Positions 39,718 through 49,790 of a DNA stretch of 64,000 nucleotides are shown one piece after another. Made by a program: the position numbers and the translations under genes. How positions within the stretch are numbered: position 1 is the stretch's first letter; the number at the start of each line of letters is the position of its first letter. Source of the stretch: Mobula hypostoma (Eukaryota); the NCBI RefSeq assembly GCF_963921235.1, contig NC_086118.1:19966001-20030000 (forward strand), read 5' to 3'. The notes beneath the pieces were generated by a model. It saw only the letters and a list, made by a program, of their open reading frames with translations. It did no database searches and was not told the DNA's origin.

Positions 39718-40197
39718 AACAATCCATTGTCTTATACTACCCTCCTGAGCAGTTTGTTTATAGTCAATCAAAAGAACACCTTGTGGCTAAAGGGATCAGG
39801 GGGTATGGAGGGAAGCCAGGTACAGGGTTCTGAGCTGGATGATCAGCCATGATCGTACTGAATGGCGGTGCAGGCTCGAAGGGCCGAATAGCCTACTCCT
39901 GAACCTATTTTCTATGTTTCTATGTTTCTAACACGGCAGCATAAACTGGATAAGTGCTTCCATCGATTACTGTTAGGAACTAATACACAATTTTATAGTA
40001 GTGTAGTAGCATTGCTTGTGTTCTAATTTGTTCTGTATTTTCTTTAAATACATAATTTATTACTCAGCTAAATGGCAGCTTGTCTTTTTTATACTTTTTT
40101 AACAATTTCAGTGAAACTTCAGCTAACTGGGGCAGCCACTTAATTGGACATAAATGTATTGGTCCCAATGTGTACCAATTAACCGGAATCCACTCTA
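39718..40197 (+). mobile_element. Tigger/pogo-like DNA transposon fragment
   Basis: End ...GGTCCCAATGTGTACCAATTAACCGGAATCCACT(C)TA resembles Tigger-type terminal repeats; interrupted by a CR1 tail. Confidence 0.6.
39780..39929 (+). mobile_element. 150-bp CR1 (family A-like) 3' tail insertion
   Basis: Matches 1900-2050; AACAC duplicated at 39775-39779 and 39930-39934. Confidence 0.9.
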
Positions 40198-40207
40198 TAA
40201 TGTTTAC

Positions 40208-41558
40208 TCATTCTGAGGGAGTAAATCCTGCAGGGGTAAATTTGATGTTCTCTACAGAAACAGTTTTATTCTAGCAGTCTTGTTCCCCCTCCTATTCTTG
40301 ATTACCATAGTCCTATTGTTGATAACAAAGGTAACAAGACAAGATATTCCCATCTAGGAAGGAAACTAGGGTTGGAATTACTTTTAAAGAATTTCTTTTC
40401 CTGGATATAGTCCCTTTTTGTGGTCTCCAAACTAACTCGTCAGGTTTTTTTTTACTTCCTTTTGAATTCCCATAAACTCCATCAATTCTTTGAGGAGAGT
40501 TGTATCAAATATAAGTAATGGTTGATCTGAGTTAGTGATCGGGGCGTATTTAGGTTGACAATGTTCATTTAAGAAATAAGATGTAACATTCTTGAGTACT
40601 CCTATTTTCATAATTAACACTTCATTTTCAGACAGTTGGTCATAAGGGACAAGTGTAGCCTACTTTTCCTCTAGTGTAAACCAATCTTGCCACCCTTTAA
40701 CCTCTTAATTCCTTCACTCCACCATGCAACTCAATTGCATCTGGAATGGAGTGTTGTACTCCACTTGTATGCCAGTTTGTCTACAAATGGCTTAAAAGGC
40801 TTTACCAATGAAGGAAGACCCCTGATTGAGTGTGTGGGAGTATGGAGCATTGGAGTGCTGTGACAGTTGTAGTCTCACTATAAGGAGTTGTGGAGACTAA
40901 CAACGTATATCCCGAACAAAGATCAATTATCACAAGAAAATACTTATTAGGTTTCTGATAAGGTAGGTTGCCTGGGGATGCCAGAAATAAGCCTGTATAA
41001 TCAAGTTGCTACACCTGCATTGGTGCAGTTGGTCTTGTTTGTCTTATAGGAGCTGGTCTGTGACTGCTCCTTTATTATAGACCAGTCATCTTTACTCTTC
41101 ACTCTAAATCACTTACAATCAGTTAACGTGCAAGGCCACCAGTATAATATGGCTAATTTCACATAAATCTCTTGTCCATCACTGTGATTGCATCCAAATC
41201 CCTGGTGCACTTCTTGATTCAGTGCTTTCCCCTTGTGGGCAGTAGTTATTTGCTTCTTATATTTTTCAGGGTGGCATACCCAAACCTTAGCTTCACAATC
41301 AGCTTCATTATGGTACCATGTTAGAAATCCTTTGGCTTTGGGTTTAGTAGTATCCAGAATTCTTAAAACATTATCTTGGTTATTTTTTATTTGTTACGTA
41401 GTTTGTACCAGCAGCTTGTTTTACTTGATTATTAATTAGTTTATTACCATAGCCGTGTAAGAGGCCTGCAATATGCCGCAGAATGTGTAACATCTGTACT
41501 AATGGTCTAGTCCATATTAATTCATAAATATTCTTCCACATGGACAAATGTGGAAGCA
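40208..41558 (-). pseudogene. pol: Foamy-virus-like pol, segment 1: RNase H C-terminus plus integrase
   Basis: HLSMWKNI..RP..LH..H..LLHGYGNKL; N-terminal extension KGFLTWY..KVWVCHPE; QEVHQ..NH..KLAILYWWP (41133-44); QLDYTG; KYFLVIIDLCSGY; NQGSSF; EYNTPF..MVE*RN*EVK; C-terminal domain WRPQKG/DYIQEK..SFLPRW..VINNRTMVI..GN..TVSVENIKFTP; stop at 40208-40210. Confidence 0.9.
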
Positions 41559-43564
41559 AATATGGATACCATCACTAACCTCATCAAATCAAGAAATGTC
41601 CCATTCACTGCTACCAAATTCTTAGCTCCCTTATCAATACTGTTTATTTCTGTCTTCTACCCAAGATCCACAAACATGATTGTCCAGCTAGGCCCATTGT
41701 TTCTGCCTGCTCCTGCCCCACTGAGTTCATGTCCACATACCTTCACTCCATTCTATCCCCCTTGGTTTAGTCCCTTCCCACCTACATCCACGACTCTTCA
41801 CATGCCCTCAATCTTCTCAACAACTTTCAATTCCCTGGCCCTGACCCCTCATTGTCACTATGGATGTCCAGTCCCTATACACTGCTATCTTTCATCAAGA
41901 AGGCCTTAAAGTTCTCTGCTTCTTTCTCATTAAAAGACTCAAACAGTTCCCTTCCACCACCACCCTCCTCTGTCTGGCAGAACCAGTCCCAAGCATCAAT
42001 AGTTTCTCCTTCGGCTCCTCCCACTTTCTCCAAACTGAAGGGATAGCCATGGGCATCCACTTGGGCCCCAGCTACGCTTGCCTTTTTGTTGGCTACACAG
42101 AGACATCTATGTGCCAAGCTTTCCCTGGTATAGCTCCCCAACTCTTTCTGTGCTACATTGATGACTACATTGGTGCTGCTTTATGCACACATGCTGAGCT
42201 CATCAATTCATCAACTTGGTACATAAATACACGGTCTATTTCTGACACCTCTCTCCCCAACCTTGATCTCTCAGTATCCACCCCTGGAGCCAAACTGCCG
42301 ACTGACATCTATCGATTCCCATGGCTATCTTGACTAGACCTTTTCCCACATTGTCTCTTGTAAAAATTCTACTCCTTTTTCTCAGTTCCTTTACCTCCAC
42401 TGCATCTGTTCCCAGGATGGAGCTTTCCTTGCCAGGACATCAGAGATTTCCTCCTTCTTCGAAGAATGGGGTTTCCCATCCTCCACCACTGATGCTGCCA
42501 TCACTCACATCTCCTCCACTTCCCAGACATCCGCACTCACCCCATCTTCCCACTGACTTAACAGGTTCCTTTTGTCCTCACCTACCACTTCATGAGCTTC
42601 TGCATCCAACGCATCATTTTCTGCAACTTCCACCATCTTCAACAGGATACTACCACCAAACACACCCTTTCCTTCCCTCCGTCCTTCCGCTTTCATCAGA
42701 GAGGGCTCACTCCATGATTCTCTGGTCCATTTGTCCCTCCCCACTAATCTCCACCCTAGCACATATCCCTGCAAACAAGAGAAATGCTACACCTGCCTAT
42801 TCACCTTCTTTCTCGCCTCCATTCAGGGTTCCAAATACTCCTTCTAGGTGAGACAACAATTCACCTGTGAATCTGTTGAATCTGGTGCTCCTAGTGCAGC
42901 TTCCACTACATTGACGAGACCCGACATAAATAGGGATACCCATTTTGTCAAGTACCTCTGCTCCAACAGCCAAAAGTAGAATTTCCTGATTAATTTCCAA
43001 CCACTTAAATTCCTATATCCATTCCCCAACTGACCTCCTCCATGTCTTCCTCTCCTCCCATGATGAGGCCACTCTCACTCTCAAGATGGAGGAGCAACAC
43101 CTCATATTCCATCCAGGTATCCTCCAATCTGATGGTATGAACATCGATTTCTCCTTCCGGTAATTTTTTTCTCTTTTTTTTCCTCCCCGACCCCCCCCCC
43201 CGCCACCTTCCCTCTTCCTCTATTTCCCACTCTGGTCTCTTACCTCTTCTCACCTGCCTATCAGCTCCCCTGGTGCCCCTCCTTCTTCGCTGACTCCCAT
43301 GGTCCACTCTTTTCTCCTATCAGACTCCTTCTTCTCCAGCCCTTTACCTTTCCCACTCACCTAGCTTCACCTGTCTTTGATCCCTTCTTCCAACCTTATT
43401 ATTCTGGCATCTTCCCCCTTCCTTTTCAGTCCTGTTGAAGGGTCTCGGCCCAAGTTGTCGACTGTTTAATCATTTCCATAGATGCTGCCTGACCTGTTGA
43501 GTTCCTCTAGCATTTTGTGTGTGTTGCTCTGGATTTCCAGCATCTGCAGAATCTCTTGTGTTTA
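41559..43564 (+). mobile_element. Penelope-like element (RT, GIY-YIG remnant, pseudo-LTR) with 13-bp TSD
   Basis: ORF 41860-42333 (MDVQSLYT...GIAMG..LGPSYACLFVG...YIDD); GIY-YIG remnant at about 42820-43160; TSD AAATGTGGAAGCA at 41546-41558 and 43565-43577. Confidence 0.92.
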
Positions 43565-43578
43565 AAATGTGGAAGCAG

Positions 43579-46500
43579 ATCAGGGCACAGCTGTGCAAGC
43601 GCGTGGATGTCAGCGAGTGAGAACAGCGAGAAGAGTTTAAAAGAAGACGGTTATTTCTTCAGCGGTTTGATCAGGGCACGACTGCGTATGCGTGTGGACA
43701 TCAGCCAGTGAGAACAGCGAGAAGAGTTTAAAAGGAGACAGCTTTATAGAGCGGGCATTGGAGGAGCAGGCGACAGAGTAGAGGAAGGCAGAGTAGAAAG
43801 GTTTTGGCTCAATAGGGCTTCAGAGATAACGGGTCGAGGCGAGGTAGATTATTTGTGTAGAATACAGACAGGAAGTATGTGTGTGAGGCCGGTGTTTTGT
43901 GCTCGGTGTCAGGTGTGGGCAGTCCAGGAGACCCCCAGCATCCCAGACAGCCACATCTGCGTCAAGTGTGTCGAGCTGCAGCTCCTTAGGGATCATGTTA
44001 GGGAACTGGAGATGCAGCTCGACGACCTTCGTCTGCTCAGGGAGAGTGAGGAGGTGATAGAGAGGAGCTATAGGCAGGTAGTCACGCCAGGGCCTGGGGA
44101 GACAGATAAGTGAGTTAACAGTCGGAAGAGTGAAGGGCAGGAGTCAGAAAAGCGGGGAAAGAAAGATGTGTCTATTTTCATGCAAGGCGTATTATGAACA
44201 AAGCAGATGAGCTTAGAGCATGGATCAGTAGCTGGAGCTATGATGTTGTGGCCATTACAGAGAATTGGATGGCTCAGGGGCAGGAATGGTTACTTTGAGT
44301 GCTAGTCTTTAGATGTTTCAGGAAGGTCAGGGAGGGAGGCAAAAGAGGTGGAGGCATGGCACTGCTGATCAGAGATAGTGTCACAACTGCAGAAGAGGAG
44401 GAAGACATGGAGGGGTTGTCTACGGAGTCTCTGTGGGTGAATGTTAGGAACAGGAAGGGGTCAATAACTCTACTGGGTATTATTTATAGACTACCCAATA
44501 GTAACAGGGACATTGAGGAGCAGATAGGGAGACAGATTCTGGAAAGGTGTAATAACAGGGTTGTCAGGGTGGGAGATTTTAATTTCCCAAGTACCGATTG
44601 GCATCTCCCGAGAGCGAGGGGTTTAGATGGGGTGGAGTTTGTTAGGTATGTTCAGGAAGGTTTCTTAACACAATATGTAGATAAGCCTACAAGGGGAGAG
44701 GCTGTACTTGATCTGATATTGGGAAATGATCCTGGTCAGGTGTCAGGTCTCTCAGTGGGAGAGCATTTTGGAGATAGTGATCACAATTCTATCTCCTCTA
44801 AGAGGGATAGGAACAGATGTTTAATTGGAGTAAGGGGAAATATGAGGCAGGAACTTGGAAGCATAAATTGGGAACAGATGTTCTCAGGGAAATTTTCGGA
44901 AGAAATGTGGCAACTGTTCAGGGGATATTTGTGTGACGTCCTGCATAGGTACGTTCCAATGAGACAGGGAAAGGATGGTAGGGTACAGGAACCGTGGTGG
45001 ACCAAGGCTGTTATAAATCTGTCAAGAAGAGCTGACGGAAGGTTCAAAAAACAAGGTGATGATGGAGATCCAGAAGATTATAAGGCTAGCAGGAAGGAGT
45101 TTAAGAAAGAAATTAGGAGAGCCAGAAGGGGCCATGAGAAGGCCTTGGCAGTCAGGATTAAGGAAAACCCCAAGGCATTCTACAAGTATGTGAAGAGCAA
45201 GATGATAAGACGTGAGAGAATGGAACCAATCAAGTGTGACAGTGGAAAAGTGTGTATGGAACCGGAGGAGATAGCAGACATACTTAATGAGTACTTTGCT
45301 TCAGTATTCACTACAGAAAAGGATCTTGGTGATTGTAGGGATGACTTACAGTTGACTGAAAAGCTTGAGCCTGCAGGTATTAAGAAAGAGGACGCGCTGA
45401 AGCTTTTGGAAAGCATCAAGTTGGATAAGTCACCGGGACCGGACGAGATGTACCCTAGGCTATTGTGGGAGGCAAGGGAGGAGACTGCTGAGCCTCTGAC
45501 AGTGATCTTTGCATCATCAATGGGGACAGGAGAGGTTCTGGAGGATTGGAGGTTTGTGAATGTTGTTCCATTATTCAAGAAAGGAAGTCAAGATAGCCCA
45601 GGAAATTATAGACCAGTGAGTCTTACTTTAGTGGTTGGTAAGTTGATGGAGAAGATCCTGAGAGGCAGGATTTATGAACATTTGGAGAGGCATAATATTA
45701 TTACGAATAGTCAGTATGGTTTTGTGAAACGCAGATTGTGCCTTAAGAGCCTAATGGAATTTCTTGAGGATGTGACTAAACACATTGATGAAGGTAGAGC
45801 AGTAGATGTAGTATATAAGGATTTCAGCAAGGCATTTGACAAGGTACCGCATGCAAGCCTTATTGAGAAAGTAAGGAGGCATGGAATCCAAGGGGATATT
45901 GCTTTGTGGATCCAGAACTGGCTTGCACATAGAAAGCAAAGAACGGTTGTAGTTGGGTCATGTTCTGCATGGAGAAAAGTCACCAGTGGTGTGATTCAGG
46001 GATCTGTTCTGGTACCCCTTCTCTTCGTGATTTTTATAAATGACCTGGATGAGTAAATGGAGGGATGGGTTAGTAAATTTGCTGATGACACAAAGGTTGA
46101 CAGTGTTGTGGATAGTGTGGAGGGCTGTCAGAGGTTACAGCGGGACATTGATAGGATGCAAAACTGGGCTGAGAAGTGTCAGATGGAGTTCAACCCAGAT
46201 AAGTGTGAGGTGGTTCATTTTGGTAGGTCACATATGATGGCAGAATATAGTATTAATGGTAAGACTCTTGGCAGTGTGGAGAATCAGAGGGATCTTGGGG
46301 TCCGAGTCCATAGAACACTCAAAGCTGCTGCGCAGGTTGGATCTGTGGTTAAGAAACAAACGGTGCATTGGCCTTCATCAATCATGGGATTGAGTTTAGG
46401 AGCTGAGAGGTAACGTTGCAGCTATATAGGACCCTGGTCAGACCCCACTTGGAGTACTGTGCTCAGTTCTGATCATCTCTCTATAGTAAGGATATGGGAA

Positions 46501-46802
46501 CCATAGAAAGGGTGCAGAGGAGATTTACAGTTTTAAAATGCTTGGAAGTAGGTACAGAGGAGATGTCAGGGGTAAGGTTTTTACGCAGAGAGCGGTGAGT
46601 GTGTGGAATGGGCTGCCAGCGACGGTGGTGGAGGTGGATATGATAGGGTCTTTTAAGAGACTCCTGGACAGGTACATGGAGCTCAGAAAAATAGAGGGCT
46701 ATGGGTAACCCTTGGTAATTTCTAAGGTAAGGATATATTCGGCTCAGCTTTGTGGGCTGAAGGGCCTGTATTGTGCTGTAGGTTTTCAATGTTTCTATGT
46801 TT
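43579..46802 (+). mobile_element. CR1 LINE (family B) with 5' UTR and internal deletions
   Basis: 5' UTR repeat GTGAGAACAGCGAGAAGAGTTTAAAA occurs twice; ORF1 Zn finger CARC..CVKC (43853-44113); esterase region deleted near 44150; ORF2 44299-46056 with APE and RT; tail ends at 46802; CAG flanks both ends. Confidence 0.95.
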
Positions 46803-47024
46803 CAGTTTACCTCTGTGAATTCTCCATCCGGTGGTTGACCAGATTGGGACATCTCTTTCTACCATATCCCTAACATAATTAGAGTCAGCACATATTATGT
46901 CTGATTTTTGTTTTATTTACTTGTTTTAGACATAATTCTACGGATTTAGCCTCCGCAAATTAAGTTGTATGATTGCCTTATGGATGCACTTGCAAACCAT
47001 GCAGTTCAAATTTAGTTTCCAATA
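46803..47024 (-). pseudogene. pol: Foamy-virus-like pol, segment 2: central RNase H
   Basis: HP*GNHTT*FAEAKSVELCLK (GNH..AE at 46951-46977) and IICADSNYVRDMVERDVPIWSTTGWRIHRGKL; compare foamy PLGNHTAQMAEIAAVE...TDSFYV...LPYWKSNGF (from memory). Confidence 0.88.
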
Positions 47025-47691
47025 TTAGATTAGATTAGATTATGAGGACACTCAGTCCTCATTTATTGTCATTTAGGAATGCATGCATTAAGAAATGATA
47101 CAATGTTCCTCCAGTATGATATCACAGAAACGCAAGACAAGCCAAGATTAAAACTGACAAAAACCACATAATTATAACAAAGAGTTACAACAGTGCAAAG
47201 CAATACCCTAATTTGATAAAGAACAGACCATGGGCACGGTAAAAAAAAGTCTCAAAATCCCGATAGCCCCATCATCTCGTGCAGACGGTAGAAGGAAGAA
47301 AAACTCTCCCTGCCATGAGCTTCCAGCGCCACAAACTTGCCGATGCAGCACTCTGGAAGCACCTGACCACAGACAACTCTGAGTCTGTCCGAAAACTTCG
47401 AGCCTCCATCCAGCCCTCCAACACCGAGCACCATCTCTGCCGAGCACTTCGACCCCGTCCCCAGCCGCCAAGCAACAGGTAAAGCCAAGGATTCAGGGCC
47501 TTCCCCTCCGGAGATTCTCGATCGCACAGTAGCAGCGGCAGCGAAGCGGGCATTTTAGAAGTTTCTCCAGATGTTCAACCGTGCTTCTCACGTCCATCTC
47601 CATCAAATCAGGATTGTGCACGGCACCCTACGACAGATAACCGATATTCTTTCCGGAGTGGCTGCTGCGCGCTGCGTCGCGCCGCCATCTT
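47025..47691 (-). mobile_element. Non-autonomous Rex/L2-tailed retroposon
   Basis: Reversed (TCTAA)n tail; CpG-rich body starting AAGATGGCGGCG on the minus strand; interrupts the foamy-like RNase H. Confidence 0.65.
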
Positions 47692-48655
47692 CTCTTCATC
47701 TTTTAAAAAAGTTAATTTTACATTTAGGAGCAGGGATTTTAATTGAGTTAATCCAGCTTTCTGGCTTTTCGTTACTGTTCCATCACAGTACCATATTTGA
47801 GAATCGTGCTATAAAGGATGTTGTTCTATGTTGGTTGTAGAGAAGATGGTTCTGCATTTTGCATGACAGGTAAGGATTAAAAGTCATAGCTCTCAAGAAT
47901 ATATTCCCACTTTAAGGTGTGATCTTGTAAAAGTATTTATCATTCCCCATATCTAGTCATGGTAGCTCTCCATTTATTTGCTAGTAAATTGCTATTTTTT
48001 AAGCCATGAACTCTGTATAATAATTGCTTTGTCCCCTTGCAGTGGTCTTTTGCAATAAGTGTATGGAATACCAGGGTAAGACATCACTCTAAGTTGTACA
48101 TTTCTGTTCTGCTTCAATGAAATTATGTGAGGCATAGTGTATGGGACCTTGTGTCTCTTCTCCCTTGTGATAGCAGATGGCTATAGCAGTTTTTGGAGAA
48201 ACACAACTTTGTGGCACAAGAGATTTTGTTAGCTCTCTTGTTCAGAGGTCTATTGCTTGCTGAACTGCATTCATCAGTTTCTCTGGTGCCTCATAATCTT
48301 CTGGGGTAAAATAAAAGGCTTTTCATTGTTCTGGTTTACATCTGTCGTGTAACAATTGAGCATAGACCTGTGTGAAAGTTCTAGCATAATTCAACAGGTA
48401 ATGCATATATGGTCTTTGGATATGCTACTCGATCAACTTAATGTCTAAATTCTGAGGTTAAATCACATCCCTGATTGATCATTGTTATCCTAGGAAATCT
48501 CCTTTTGTATGACAGAGTTGAGATTTATTGATGTTAGTCACATAGTCTCTGTCTGTCACTTTCAAGAACTGGGTGTGACCAGAAGCCATTAGCCAGATCC
48601 ATGCGAGATTTATACTTCTACAAGTCAATCCTTGCAGCATTTGTTATAATGTCTG
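47692..48655 (-). pseudogene. pol: Foamy-virus-like pol, segment 3: RT (partially deleted), thumb, tether, RNase H N-terminus
   Basis: KYKSRMDLANGFWSHPV (48567-48617); YVTNINKSQL..DFLG; LLNYARTF; GPIHYASHNFIEAEQKC; LQDHTLKWEY; HPL*HDSQIWYCDGTVTKS (WYCDG at 47779-47793). Confidence 0.92.
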
Positions 48656-49790
48656 GTAACAGCAAGGTCAAATTTTGCCCTAAGTATCAGCTTTGTCATA
48701 TGGAAAGGCAAGACTATGCTTGTATCCTCTTTGTCAGATGGAACATTTTGATTAGAGTTGTTGCTGAAATTCTCCCGAGCGGTTTTCATTACATTAACGT
48801 TAGCCTTCCCCTTCTTTACATTTTGTTTTCCCTGAGCTGCAGGAGAGGGAATGGATGTTTGGGGATGTGCCCTGTCCCTTTGTATATTTAGTGGGCGAAG
48901 GATGAGGTAGGCTTTTTGGCGTGTGCTCAATTTCATATTCTTCTCTGTATCAATAGGGCAGCTGAGTGTTCCCTCTGTGCTGGAAGGAGTATCTTGGTCT
49001 TAGACTTTCTTCTGCAAAGGTAAGGAGCTGGAGCTAAAGGCCATGGCCTATACATAGTGTCTATCCATCTAGGTTGTGGTTGAATATCTCATCCTAAGGC
49101 AGGCAGTCTCCAGAGAACTTGTTTGGTTTGTTGAACATGTCTTCCCTGCTGAGAGGCTGTTGTAGGAGAAAACTGTGAATGGGATTGACTTGAGGAATAA
49201 GGCTGATTGATGATTTTGATACTGAGGCAAAGGGGGAAGACCCTGTGCCAACACTCTGTTTCCCTTCTGTGGAAATGAGCGGTCACCTGCTACCACTATG
49301 TGGGTGCGCAGGAACTCTTCAGCAACCTGAAATAGTCCATGTATCTGGTGTTAATTAAGGGCTATCCTCCACAAGGCTATAAAAAATAACATTAATAAGA
49401 ATTGATGAATGTGTTGGGGAGTATGACTGGTCCAGGAAGCTTGCAGCCTCCCAGCGTTCTGAAGTAGTCACTTCAGAATTCCTTGAGCATCAGCTGAAGA
49501 TGTTTCACATATTGGCTGCAAACTCTAAATAGTCAAAGGTCCAAAAACTTGATGCAAAGTTTTTACTGGGAAAGCCGCAGTGGCTGTCTGTACAGGAACT
49601 TGTCTCTGTATTCCTCTTTGACTGCCTATAGTCAATCTTTTTAGCAATTCTAGTGTCTTTTCCCAAGCTTACGTTCTCCAGGCTTCATTAGTACCGCTAG
49701 GGCTTACTGGGGTGGGTGCTATCTCATGTGTGCTGGAAGGAATACATGATATCCCCATGCATCAAATTAAGATATGGGGAAGCCTTTACC
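48656..49790 (-). pseudogene. gag: Probable gag remnant of the foamy-like provirus
   Basis: Lies immediately upstream of pol on the same strand. P/Q/R/S-rich decayed frames (ORFs 49069-49296, 49089-49286, 48625-48936), with no CCHC knuckle seen; weak capsid-like LHQVFGPLT..QGI..LPGPVI. Confidence 0.45.

Noticed and set aside
40208..41558. Integrase as part of the Gypsy element at 55.8-64 kb
   Set aside because: That Gypsy has its own integrase at about 56.5-57.2 kb; this one follows a tether plus retroviral RNase H and carries foamy-type motifs.
44299..46056. 585-aa ORF as a host gene or active RT
   Set aside because: It is CR1 ORF2, truncated by a stop before the FADD motif and carrying internal deletions.
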